DNA of 64,000 nucleotides from an uncultured Erysipelotrichaceae bacterium (GTDB lineage Bacteria; Bacillota_I; Bacilli_A; RFN20; CAG-826): NCBI GenBank assembly GCA_902787955.1, contig CADAIJ010000006.1, positions 8,922 to 72,921 of the forward strand, read 5' to 3'. Shown piece by piece: positions 8,967 to 18,156 of this stretch (position 1 is its first letter; each line of letters starts with the position of its first letter). The notes under the pieces were generated by a model. It saw only the letters and a program-made list of their open reading frames with translations, ran no database searches and was not told where the DNA came from. The position numbers and the translations under genes were made by a program.

Positions 8967-9131
8967 ATGTCTTTAGATGTTTATTTTGTCCGTTTAGACC
9001 AGGATCTTTATGAGTGCCTTAAATGGTTTATGGGAGTTTACAAAATTTCTTCTTTGGAAGAGGTTATTGTTAAGCTTGCTCAATATCACGAAGGTATTGT
9101 TGATTATAACTTTAATTTAAAGAGGAAATAA
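8967..9131 (+). CDS. Small protein (54 aa), possibly ribbon-helix-helix DNA-binding; not in the ORF track
   Basis: GAAAGGAG RBS; MSLDVYFVRLDQDLYECLKWFMGVYKISSLEEVIVKLAQ...; fills the gap between neighbouring genes. Confidence 0.6.
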   Translation: MSLDVYFVRLDQDLYECLKWFMGVYKISSLEEVIVKLAQYHEGIVDYNFNLKRK

Positions 9132-9132
9132 C

Positions 9133-9579
9133 ATGGATGCTTTATATTATTTAGAATCAATTCGAATTTATTCCAAGGTCACAAAATCAGATGTTACTAA
9201 AGTGAAATTATTTAGCGGTTTAGAATTTGTTAAATATTTTTATGATTTATTTATCGATAGTTACAAAATGAAACGCTTGTCACCTGTTTACAGTGATTTT
9301 GGTTTTATTTCAATGATGTTAAAACTTTTTGTAACTGGAAAGGTTTGTGGAACCGATATTTGTTATGATATCGATTTCTTATTTTCAATATTTGATAAAA
9401 ATAAAAATGATTTATTAAAAGACATTAAAGATTACCATCGCTTGTTTGTTTTTCTTTATTGTTTCGTTGATGATATGAATCGAACTTTCAAATCTCGAAT
9501 TAATAGTAAAACATTGGCTTTTGAAAAATCATATCGAAATAGTGAGCTTGTAAATGAAGAAATACCCGAATTGTTATAA
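9133..9579 (+). CDS. Hypothetical protein
   Basis: 148-aa ORF with GAGG RBS, coupled to its neighbours. Confidence 0.55.
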   Translation: MDALYYLESIRIYSKVTKSDVTKVKLFSGLEFVKYFYDLFIDSYKMKRLSPVYSDFGFISMMLKLFVTGKVCGTDICYDIDFLFSIFDKNKNDLLKDIKDYHRLFVFLYCFVDDMNRTFKSRINSKTLAFEKSYRNSELVNEEIPELL

Positions 9580-10612
9580 AGATAAAGAAGGAAAAATATT
9601 TGTTAAATTTTCAGTTGATGGATCTGTATATTTTTATCGAACCAATAACGGGAAACATTTTTCCTCGTTTAAAGAAGCTTATGATTTCGTATTGCTTAAG
9701 AAACGTTCTTTAGCGGCATCGCTTGATGATGATGAAATAAAAGCTTCTGGTGCTGATCTTTATCATAAATCGTTTGAGGATTTTATATCATCAATTTATA
9801 AGGAAACGACTGCTTATTGTTATATTGTTCGATTAAGAAGTCTTTATCCTTATTTTGATAAAGTGAAAGAATTTGATAAGAAAACCTTAATTGTTATAAA
9901 TAACAAGATTAACGAAAAAACATCGTCAAGATCTTTTTATTGTTTTATTGCTAATATGTATTTAGATCATCTTTATTCAGAAGGTTATTTTAAAAAACTT
10001 TGTGATTATAAGTTTTATGTTATTCGCGGTATTAAAACAAATATTGAAAAAAGAAAGATTTGTTTTTGGGATTATAGTGAATTTAAAAAGTTTTTGAATA
10101 AAGTTGACGATAGATATTATCGTTTATTGTTTTCTTTTCTTTATTTTTATGGTTTAAGGATCTCAGAGCTTCTTGGCTTAAGATGGAGTGATATTGACGA
10201 AAAATCTGTTTCTGTCAATCTCTCCAGGAGCACGAAAACTTTCGAACATGGTCGTGTCCTTACTTATCTTAAGACTCATGCTTCTGAACGTGTATATCCT
10301 ATGTTGGATTTTCTTTATGAAGATCTTCAAAAGATAAAAAAGGATTCTGAATTCGTTTTTGATGTTGGGGAAACTACTGTAAGGCGCAAATTAATTGAAT
10401 ATATTCGTAAAGCTCATGTTAAGAAGATAACTCTTCATGGCTTTAGACATTCTTGTGCATCTTATTTGATTAATAATGGCGCGGATTATATGCAAGTATG
10501 CGCGTGGCTTGGCCATAGTTCTCCATCTACAACTCTTACTATTTATTCACATATTTTTCCTTCTAGAAAAGAAGCTATTAAAAAGATGTTTGATAACATT
10601 GTTCTTAAATGA
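9554..10612 (+). CDS. Tyrosine integrase
   Basis: YGLRISELLGL, HGFRHS, LGHS, C-terminal IYSH. Confidence 0.93.
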   Translation: MKKYPNCYKDKEGKIFVKFSVDGSVYFYRTNNGKHFSSFKEAYDFVLLKKRSLAASLDDDEIKASGADLYHKSFEDFISSIYKETTAYCYIVRLRSLYPYFDKVKEFDKKTLIVINNKINEKTSSRSFYCFIANMYLDHLYSEGYFKKLCDYKFYVIRGIKTNIEKRKICFWDYSEFKKFLNKVDDRYYRLLFSFLYFYGLRISELLGLRWSDIDEKSVSVNLSRSTKTFEHGRVLTYLKTHASERVYPMLDFLYEDLQKIKKDSEFVFDVGETTVRRKLIEYIRKAHVKKITLHGFRHSCASYLINNGADYMQVCAWLGHSSPSTTLTIYSHIFPSRKEAIKKMFDNIVLK

Positions 10613-10639
10613 TTGTTATTTTATTTTTTTATATAATGA

Positions 10640-10669
10640 GTATCAAAAATGTATCAAAAAACGGTATCA
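10640..10669 (+). repeat. Short direct repeats, candidate integrase arm sites
   Basis: GTATCAAAAA at 10640 and 10651, GTATCA at 10664. Confidence 0.5.
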
Positions 10670-10708
10670 TTAATAAAAAATATCGATTAAATCGATATTA
10701 TATATTAA

Positions 10709-10799
10709 TGGCGGAGCAAGAGAGATTTGAACTCTCGCACCGGTGACCCGATCTAACGGTTTAGCAAACCGTCCCCTTCAGCCTCTTGGGTATTGCTCC
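10709..10799 (-). tRNA. tRNA-Ser(GCT)
   Basis: GGAGCAA...ACGGT-TTGCTAA-ACCGT, long variable arm, GTTCAAATC, GCCA end. Confidence 0.96.
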
Positions 10800-10925
10800 A
10801 GTATTAAAGATAATAACACATTTTTTGCTTATTGCTAATAAGAATTTATATAAATTCATTACCTTTCATATTTTTCAAAAAATCTTATTCTTTATTCTTT
10901 GTAAATATATTAATATTTCTATTGT

Positions 10926-11831
10926 ATGAAAAAGGTAGTCTGCACACATTGTTATTACACTTACGAACCTGCGGATTTTAAAGAAGAACAAGTTTGCCCT
11001 AAATGTGGTAAAGCTTTCGGTTTATCTCAAGGTGAAAAACTATATCAAATGGTTCTCGTCCGTCATATGAATGATGGCTATAAATATTTAAATGAATTAA
11101 TGGATTATAAAAAGGCTATTGAATCTTATAACAGATTAATTCTTTTAGAACTTAGTGAAGATGCAGTTTTATATTTAATCGAAGCCTATATTAAAGATTC
11201 AAGAGTTAGAGAAGACCATTTAAATGAAATCATTAATACTTTAAAGCAATATAAAGATATTCTTACTCCTAATGAAGATAACAAACTTAAAGTTAATGAT
11301 TATTATTCTGAAATCATTTATTTGTTATCCGATTATGAACTTGGTTTAAAGAAGAACTTATCCAAAAATGATAAGTTCTATTCGCTTGAAGCAAGACACA
11401 TTTATTTGAACAAAAATTCCCAAATAGTGGAGATCCTATCCTTTATTGATGAAAATTTCTTTAAAGATGTTGATTATACAGAAGACGCCACAATTAAAGA
11501 AAGTGAGCTTTTAGAGATTATCGAATCAATTAAAGAAAATGGCTCAAAGAACTATGAAATTATTGAAAATAGTGGCTATGTTTTAGCTCAAGATGAAGAA
11601 GGAACACCGATCAAAGATAATATCTTTAAAGATGGTTCTAAATTTGTTAAAACAAAAAGATTCTTAACCGCTCTCAGTGGATTAAGTGTTATCGCTTTAA
11701 TAATTGGCTTAGTTTTAATTTTCTCGATTAAAGATAACATCTATCCAGGTGTTATTGTATTAGCTATATCAGCGGCAGGATTTATTATTTCCTTTGTCGC
11801 TCGTTTAATAATTTCTAAATTAGTTAATTAA
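10926..11831 (+). CDS. Hypothetical membrane protein with N-terminal Zn ribbon
   Basis: CTHC...CPKCG; two C-terminal TM helices. Confidence 0.7.
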   Translation: MKKVVCTHCYYTYEPADFKEEQVCPKCGKAFGLSQGEKLYQMVLVRHMNDGYKYLNELMDYKKAIESYNRLILLELSEDAVLYLIEAYIKDSRVREDHLNEIINTLKQYKDILTPNEDNKLKVNDYYSEIIYLLSDYELGLKKNLSKNDKFYSLEARHIYLNKNSQIVEILSFIDENFFKDVDYTEDATIKESELLEIIESIKENGSKNYEIIENSGYVLAQDEEGTPIKDNIFKDGSKFVKTKRFLTALSGLSVIALIIGLVLIFSIKDNIYPGVIVLAISAAGFIISFVARLIISKLVN

Positions 11832-12416
11832 CTTTTTATCTTTTAGATATTTAACAAGTTGCCCTAAAGCCTTAGCGCGATGAGAGAACTTGTTTTTTAT
11901 TTCGCTACTAGCTTCTCCAAAGTTCACTTTTCCTTCATAAGAATAGAAGATTGGATCGTAACCAAAGCCACCTTCTCCTACTGGAGCAGGTAAGATTTTA
12001 CCTTTGCAAACGCCTTTAAAGACAACTGGTTCATTCTCTACATTTAATAATGTAATAACGCAAACGAACTCAGCATCTTTATCGTCGTGTCTTTTTAATA
12101 ATTCAATAAGATCCAAGTTTGCTTTACCGTTTCCGCCTCTTTCTTTAGCAAAACGAGCGCTATAAATGCCAGGGAAACCTTGTAAAGCATCAACACATAA
12201 ACCAGAGTCATCAGCAATAACTGCCATCTTAACTCTATCTGCTAAGTGTTTAGCTTTAATTAAAGAATTCTCTTCAAATGTTTTTCCGTTTTCTATTGCT
12301 TCATCAGTAATATTAAATTCTTTAGGAGAATGAACATTAATTCCTAAAGGAGAAAACATTTCTTTATATTCTTTAATCTTGTGATCGTTATTAGTAGCAA
12401 TTAATAAATCAAACAT
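11820..12416 (-). CDS. rdgB: Non-canonical purine NTP pyrophosphatase (HAM1 family)
   Basis: ATNN.HK, ADDSGL, GFGYDPIF, SHR. Confidence 0.95.
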   Translation of the reverse strand: MFDLLIATNNDHKIKEYKEMFSPLGINVHSPKEFNITDEAIENGKTFEENSLIKAKHLADRVKMAVIADDSGLCVDALQGFPGIYSARFAKERGGNGKANLDLIELLKRHDDKDAEFVCVITLLNVENEPVVFKGVCKGKILPAPVGEGGFGYDPIFYSYEGKVNFGEASSEIKNKFSHRAKALGQLVKYLKDKKLIN

Positions 12417-12418
12417 AA

Positions 12419-13156
12419 TTATTTCTCTTCTAAAGCTTTTCTTACATCTTTAGGGTCTAAATGTTGGAATGTAACTGTATCAACGTAAGGAGCAACTTTT
12501 TTAAGTTGTTCATCTCTTTCAATTGTCCAAACATTCATAAATTTACGTTTATGGAGTTTTTGGAAACGTTTTTGTTCAAGTAAAACATCTTCAATATCAA
12601 AACCATTGAAACGGAAATGGAAAAGATTATAGACATAAAGGTGAGTATGAGTAACTAATAAGACTCTTGCTAAACCTAGCTTTTTAAGTGGAAGTAATGA
12701 ACGTGGATCAAAAGAGATAAGAGTGTATTGTTTCTTATCTTTCATATTCTTAAGTAAAACTTCCTCCACCTTTTTAGCGAGTTCTTTATAGTTTTTACGG
12801 AATACTTTTAATTCGATGACAAGAGGTACTTGTTCGTTAACTAAATCTAATAATTCTTGGAAAGTAGGGATTAAAGAACCATCCATTAAAGTATAGTTTT
12901 CTTTTAATTCTTTAACGGTTAAATCCTCAACAACTCCATCCTTTCCGGTTAAACGTTTCAAATCTTCATCATGAATAACCACTAAATCATTATCTTTAGT
13001 GAGGTGAATATCGAGCTCAATTGCAACGTTATGTTCAATTGCTCTTTTAAAGGCGCCCATCGAGTTTTCGGAATTATTTTCATCCCAAAGTCCGCGGTGA
13101 GCCACACCTTTAAGAATTCTTTCATCAAATAAGCTTACAAATCTATTTTTATTCAT
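12419..13156 (-). CDS. Glycerophosphodiester phosphodiesterase
   Basis: AHRG, ENS, IELDIH, HD, IELK, WT motifs. Confidence 0.92.
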   Translation of the reverse strand: MNKNRFVSLFDERILKGVAHRGLWDENNSENSMGAFKRAIEHNVAIELDIHLTKDNDLVVIHDEDLKRLTGKDGVVEDLTVKELKENYTLMDGSLIPTFQELLDLVNEQVPLVIELKVFRKNYKELAKKVEEVLLKNMKDKKQYTLISFDPRSLLPLKKLGLARVLLVTHTHLYVYNLFHFRFNGFDIEDVLLEQKRFQKLHKRKFMNVWTIERDEQLKKVAPYVDTVTFQHLDPKDVRKALEEK

Positions 13157-13158
13157 AA

Positions 13159-14589
13159 TTAGTCATCTTGATCTAAGGCTTCTAAACCTTTTTTAAATGT
13201 AGTCTTCTTTGTCTTAACGTTTTTAACGAAGAAGAAGATAGTTGCGGAAATTAAGATACAAATTCCAGCGTAGATTGGTAATAAATCCCAGTCGAATGAT
13301 GGAGAGAGAAGTAATAAACCTAATAAAACTGGAGTAATTGTTTGAGCAGACATTGAAGCAGCATAGTAGTAACCAGTGAATTGTCCGACTTTCTTATTAG
13401 TACAAAGTTCAACAACCATTGGATAGGAGTTAACGTGAACAAGAGACATACCAAAACCTTTAAATAAGGTAATAACGTATAACCAAATTGGTAAACCATT
13501 AATACCAGGACCACTAAATCCAGCGGTAAAGGTTAAGATAATCCAAATTGCATACATGGATAAAGCTAGTAATAAACCAGAAAGAAGTGTCCATTTACGA
13601 CCAATCTTACTAGCAATAATTCCACCGAAAATAAAACCAATAACAGAACCAACACCACCAACAATAGTTAAAATAGCAGTGGAGGTGGATTCAGCACCAA
13701 CGTTATAAATAATATAGTTATTAAGGAAGGTCGAAACACCGTTATCAGCCATAAACCAGAAGAATTCAGCACCAAGGATTAACCAAAGCATAATCTTATT
13801 AGCTTTAGTCATAGGGGCTTCTTCTTCAGCTTCTAATTTATCAACGATTTCAGCTTCAGCTTCGCCTCTAGCTAATTCATCTTTAATTTCTTCTTTAACT
13901 TTGTTTTCTTTAACTAAGATAAATAAGACAACAGCAGAGATAATCATTAAGACTGAACCAACAAGGAATGGTCCTTCAATTGCCCAGATATTATGATATG
14001 CCCATGTGTTTGTTCCTTTTTTACCAATTCCTAAATAGTCAGTAAGAACAAAGACAAAACCAACAACAGTAGCAAAAGCGCCACCAATATAACCCATGAT
14101 GTTAATAATACCATTAGCTTTACTGCGTAAAGGCTTTGGTGTTAAATCAGGCATTAAAGCAACTGCTGGGTTACGATACATCATTGCAAATAAAACGACA
14201 ACTGCCATCAAAACGATAGTTCCGCCAACAGAGTTAGCGTGGAATAAAACAGGTATGAATGGGAATGCAATCGCACATAATGCAGTTCCAACTAAAATAT
14301 AAGGCATTCTTTTACCGATACGGGTATTAGTTTTATCGGATAAACGTCCGAATAATGGCATAAGTAATAATGCTGCAACATTATCAAGCGCCATCATGAT
14401 ACCAACTAAGTATTGAACTTGAGTTTCATCATCGATACCAAGTGCGTTCTTAAATAATTCGGTTAAGAATGTTGGGCACCAAGTGTCATAAACTTGCCAT
14501 AAAAGCAAAATTCCAAAGAAAGCAAACCCAATAGTAAACGTACGTTTGTAACTGAGTTTAAATCCTTGTTTTTCTTGTGTACTTTCCAT
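13159..14589 (-). CDS. MFS transporter
   Basis: About 12 TM helices; GRLSDKT.TR.GKRMPY. Confidence 0.9.
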   Translation of the reverse strand: MESTQEKQGFKLSYKRTFTIGFAFFGILLLWQVYDTWCPTFLTELFKNALGIDDETQVQYLVGIMMALDNVAALLLMPLFGRLSDKTNTRIGKRMPYILVGTALCAIAFPFIPVLFHANSVGGTIVLMAVVVLFAMMYRNPAVALMPDLTPKPLRSKANGIINIMGYIGGAFATVVGFVFVLTDYLGIGKKGTNTWAYHNIWAIEGPFLVGSVLMIISAVVLFILVKENKVKEEIKDELARGEAEAEIVDKLEAEEEAPMTKANKIMLWLILGAEFFWFMADNGVSTFLNNYIIYNVGAESTSTAILTIVGGVGSVIGFIFGGIIASKIGRKWTLLSGLLLALSMYAIWIILTFTAGFSGPGINGLPIWLYVITLFKGFGMSLVHVNSYPMVVELCTNKKVGQFTGYYYAASMSAQTITPVLLGLLLLSPSFDWDLLPIYAGICILISATIFFFVKNVKTKKTTFKKGLEALDQDD

Positions 14590-14609
14590 TTTTGTTCTCC
14601 TTTGAAAAG

Positions 14610-15401
14610 TTAAATTTTATTCAAAAGGGCTGGTAAGTCCTTAATTGAATCCAAGATGTAAGTAGGGGAGTAGTCATAATCTTTTAAATCTTCTAATTTA
14701 GTTTCCCCTGAAAGAACCATAACGGTATCAACTTCGGCGTTTACTCCACATAAGATATCGGTATAGATTCGATCGCCCACCATTAGAATGTCTTTTTTCT
14801 CTAAATTATACTTATCCATGAAATAGTTGATGATTTCTGGATCTGGTTTTCCTAAGTCTTTTGCTTTTTTACCAGTAGTTAATCTAAGCCATTCGCACAT
14901 ACCGCCACAATCTGGGATATAAAGACCATCTTCAATAGGGCAGCGATAATCTCTATTTGTAGCGATGAATTTGCAGTCAGTTGTTTCTAGATATAAAGAG
15001 GCATCTCGTAGCTCTTTATAGACTAATTCAGTTGAAAAACCCGCAACAACTGCCTCCAATAGGGAATTTTTCTCATAATCATTAATAATATTAAAGTTAT
15101 GTTCGAGTTTTTCTCTTAAGAATTTGTTACCGATCAAATATATATTATTAATATTATTTTTCTTTAAATAAGATATAAGGATTTCAGTCGTAGAGTAGAA
15201 ATTATCTTCTAAAGTACATTCCACTCCAAAGTTAGTCATCTTCTCATAATATGTTTCTAAGGAATGAGAAGAATTATTTGTGAAAAAAATATAACGAATA
15301 TCGTTCGCTTTTAAATACTTAAATGTTTCTAATGCTCCATCAATAAGGTCTTTCCCTAAGTAGATGGTTCCATCCATATCAAAGATGATTAGCTTTTTCA
15401 T
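14610..15401 (-). CDS. HAD-IIA (NagD-like) phosphatase
   Basis: FDMDGT, TNNS, GKP, VGDR..TDI. Confidence 0.92.
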   Translation of the reverse strand: MKKLIIFDMDGTIYLGKDLIDGALETFKYLKANDIRYIFFTNNSSHSLETYYEKMTNFGVECTLEDNFYSTTEILISYLKKNNINNIYLIGNKFLREKLEHNFNIINDYEKNSLLEAVVAGFSTELVYKELRDASLYLETTDCKFIATNRDYRCPIEDGLYIPDCGGMCEWLRLTTGKKAKDLGKPDPEIINYFMDKYNLEKKDILMVGDRIYTDILCGVNAEVDTVMVLSGETKLEDLKDYDYSPTYILDSIKDLPALLNKI

Positions 15402-15506
15402 GGTACTTTTTATTATATAAAAAACTCAATAGGAAAGATACTAAGTAATTTTTCTTTTCTTATATTTATAGCTATATAAGCAACTTCTTATAGGATATTT
15501 CAAAAT

Positions 15507-15530
15507 AAAAACCTCGACTTAACATCGAGG
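15507..15530 (-). terminator. Terminator of the original host tRNA operon
   Basis: CCTCGA-7nt-TCGAGG with a T run on the - strand, just past the displaced tRNA 3' end. Confidence 0.7.
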
Positions 15531-15542
15531 AATTTAATTATC

Positions 15543-15574
15543 TGGAGCAGATGGCGGGAATCGAACCCGCATAA
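15543..15574 (-). pseudogene. Displaced 3' part of host tRNA-Gly(TCC) (att site)
   Basis: TTAT-GCGGG-TTCGATT-CCCGC-CATCTGC-TCCA; CATCTGC pairs perfectly with GCAGATG at 23021-23015. Confidence 0.9.
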
Positions 15575-15794
15575 CCACATATGGAACGCTAACAGTACGT
15601 AGTAAATATTATACTAATATTTAAACCCTATTACAATACTTGGAACTGTAATTATGTCTACAGTTCTTTTTAGTATGCACATATAAATATATACGCATAT
15701 ACGTGCGTACGCGTATTGTATGTCGTATTTTTAAAAAAAGACGGTTCAACAATCCATTGTCCCAGTTATCCGGGCAAAGGAGAACACGTATAAA

Positions 15795-16751
15795 ATGGAG
15801 ATTAAGAAGCTCATTGAGTCTTTTAAGCGTACTAAAATGGCTCAAACAACTGAAGAAACGCAAAGATTTTACAGAGATCACCTCAAATCCGTTGAAAAAT
15901 GGATTGATGATGTTGGTCTCAAAGATATCAACGATATTACCGCTGATATGGTCAATGATTTTATCATTGATTTAAAAAATGATGGATTATCTCAAAAAAC
16001 CATCAACAACCGACTCGGAATTATCAAGCAACTTATCAAGCTAAGATTGCTTCCTTACGAGTACACAAAAGAACAAAACTTCATCATGCAAGGAATTTTG
16101 GCACGTCCTACCGATCCAGAACATTATCCAGCACTTACCCGTGAACAATTCTCTCAATTTCTTAACTACGTTAAGAAGTTAGACGAGAACAAACCACAAG
16201 AACTTAAACGCAAGATTGCTTTCCTCTTGTTCATTGGTAGTGGTGCTCGTAATTCTGAAGTGCGAAATATCCGCTTACAGGACGTCGATTACGATCATAA
16301 GCGAATTATATTAAAACACACCAAAACGCACAGCCAACGCCACATTTTCCTCGATAAAAAGACTATTTTGCTTCTAGAGAAGCACATAGCAATCAATAAT
16401 CCAACAACTTACATTATCCAAAACGAAATGACCAAGGGTGTAATGTCCAGAACTATGGTTCAAAAATACTTCCTCGAAGCTACTTCTGAACTTGGATTTC
16501 ATGTCTGCACTCACATTCTCCGAGCCACCTTCATCACTATGATGATTGAAGATGGAACGAGCTTGGGTTCAGTAATGAAATTGGCTGGTCACAAACATCT
16601 CACAACCACTGAACGTTATCTTCATATGGTTGATGATAGAATCGCTGCTGAATATGAAAAACATAATCCTCTTGCTCAAATTGAGCAAGGCGATTGGATT
16701 CCAGCTGAACGTATTAGCAAATCTTCTGATAATGTTCTTCTGGACGCATAA
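15795..16751 (+). CDS. Tyrosine integrase/recombinase
   Basis: SGARNSE, HILRATF, AGHK...TTERY; next to the att site. Confidence 0.92.
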   Translation: MEIKKLIESFKRTKMAQTTEETQRFYRDHLKSVEKWIDDVGLKDINDITADMVNDFIIDLKNDGLSQKTINNRLGIIKQLIKLRLLPYEYTKEQNFIMQGILARPTDPEHYPALTREQFSQFLNYVKKLDENKPQELKRKIAFLLFIGSGARNSEVRNIRLQDVDYDHKRIILKHTKTHSQRHIFLDKKTILLLEKHIAINNPTTYIIQNEMTKGVMSRTMVQKYFLEATSELGFHVCTHILRATFITMMIEDGTSLGSVMKLAGHKHLTTTERYLHMVDDRIAAEYEKHNPLAQIEQGDWIPAERISKSSDNVLLDA

Positions 16752-16787
16752 AAAAAGAGTAATCCTTAAGTGGATTGCTCCTTTTCT
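16751..16787. terminator. Probable bidirectional terminator
   Basis: AAAAAA-GAGTAATCC-ttaagt-GGATTGCTC-CTTTT between convergent genes. Confidence 0.65.
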
Positions 16788-16791
16788 CTGC

Positions 16792-17352
16792 TTAATTTTC
16801 TTCGTCATAATCTCCGCTAGTGAAATCAGGAAGACCTAATACAGATAGTGGAATCTCATTAAAGTAATAATCGCAACCTACATCTTTAATGTATTTTAAC
16901 ACATCTCTATATTCTGGCTTCTTAAACCAATCACAGAGGAGATATATGTATTTAATCTTGTAATCTATGCTTGCAAACAGCCTTTCGTATTGACGACGTT
17001 TAAAGTCGCAAGTTTGCAATTTTTCGTCAACAGAGCCAGCAGATGACTGGAATTTCTTTTCAATTACATACACTGTCTTATCTCTATAATTAACGAAACA
17101 ATCGTCTGGTAGCATGCGTTTTGAGAGGATATCACGCCAATCAACACCTAGTGGTTCTAGGAAGTCTTTGTATAGGTGCATTTTTTGAACTAATTTACCT
17201 ACATTTTCCTTTCCGAAGTATATTAAATTGGTAGGAGTTAAAATGAAACCAGCTTCCATTAATGCGTCAGCTAAAGTTGTCTCTTGTTCAAAACCAAGAC
17301 CATTGATATTGGTCTGATTCCCTCCTCCAACAGTATTCTTCTTTCTAGGCAT
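16792..17352 (-). CDS. Putative PD-(D/E)xK restriction endonuclease
   Basis: LPDD...VIEKKFQ...GSVDEK; translationally coupled to two methylases. Confidence 0.75.
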   Translation of the reverse strand: MPRKKNTVGGGNQTNINGLGFEQETTLADALMEAGFILTPTNLIYFGKENVGKLVQKMHLYKDFLEPLGVDWRDILSKRMLPDDCFVNYRDKTVYVIEKKFQSSAGSVDEKLQTCDFKRRQYERLFASIDYKIKYIYLLCDWFKKPEYRDVLKYIKDVGCDYYFNEIPLSVLGLPDFTSGDYDEEN

Positions 17353-18155
17353 TACTTGTCTTCCTTGTACCTACGCTTTGTTAACTCTAAATATTCTACC
17401 ACATTATCTATTCCGATATAACTTCTATTAAGCCTATGAGCAACGATACCAGTTGTTCCAGAACCATTAAAAGGATCTAATATAAGATCTCCTTCTTTAG
17501 AAGCTGCGGTAATTAATCTTTCTAATAAAGCCAAAGGCTTTTGTGTTGGATGTTTTCCTTGTTTTTTCTCTCTTTTTGAGGCTGTGGAGGACTCAAAAAA
17601 TTCTGGATCAGGAATTTCCCAAACGTCCTTCATTTGCTTGCCTCCGTTCTCTTTTTTCATCTCTTCATAATTGAAGTAGTGCTTGCCTTTTTTCTTTAAT
17701 GTGAGCTGTTTTCTCGCCCATATAATCGTTTCTGTTGAGTGAGTGAAACATCTGCAAGCAAGATTTGGAGCGGGATTGGTTTTTCTCCATATGATATTGT
17801 TAATTATTGAAAACCCTTCCATCTCTAAAGCAACACCGATAGCATATACGCTATGCAATGTAGCACTTATCATTATAGTTCCATTATCCTTAAGGATATT
17901 ACGACATAATGCAATCCATTTTCTGTGATATAACAATTTCTCGTCTATGCTTTTGGAATAGTCCCATTCGCCTTTATTGACCGAGACTTGCTTCCCCCCT
18001 GAACAACTTAAACCACCGCTGGAAAGAAAATAAGGGGGATCAGCAAAAATCATATCAACTGATTTCGGCTCAATCTTTTTAAGTATCTTGAAAGAATCTC
18101 CGTTGAGCAACGTAAAATTGTTTTCTTGGAAGTATATATTTTTCTTTGTGTACAT
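17352..18155 (-). CDS. Beta-class DNA amino-methyltransferase (DpnA-like)
   Basis: IFADPPYF precedes HPTQKP and DPFNGSGTTG. Confidence 0.88.
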   Translation of the reverse strand: MYTKKNIYFQENNFTLLNGDSFKILKKIEPKSVDMIFADPPYFLSSGGLSCSGGKQVSVNKGEWDYSKSIDEKLLYHRKWIALCRNILKDNGTIMISATLHSVYAIGVALEMEGFSIINNIIWRKTNPAPNLACRCFTHSTETIIWARKQLTLKKKGKHYFNYEEMKKENGGKQMKDVWEIPDPEFFESSTASKREKKQGKHPTQKPLALLERLITAASKEGDLILDPFNGSGTTGIVAHRLNRSYIGIDNVVEYLELTKRRYKEDK

Positions 18156-18156
18156 C

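Larger units (their letters stand above)
1..10708 (+). mobile_element. Integrated filamentous-phage (inovirus)-like rolling-circle element carrying a DGR; left end outside the window
   Basis: All substantial ORFs on +; pI/Zot-like ATPase, Rep_trans initiator, small TM proteins, tyrosine integrase abutting the 3' end of tRNA-Ser. Confidence 0.7.

Noticed and set aside
2008-10612. Second VR/target gene in the element
   Set aside because: No further copy of the TR core or of the CGGTTTCCGCCTT end seen by eye in the window; other targets may exist upstream
15621-15975. ORFs 15621-15881(-) and 15703-15975(+)
   Set aside because: They overlap the integrase or run through the RY tract, with no RBS or motifs; likely spurious
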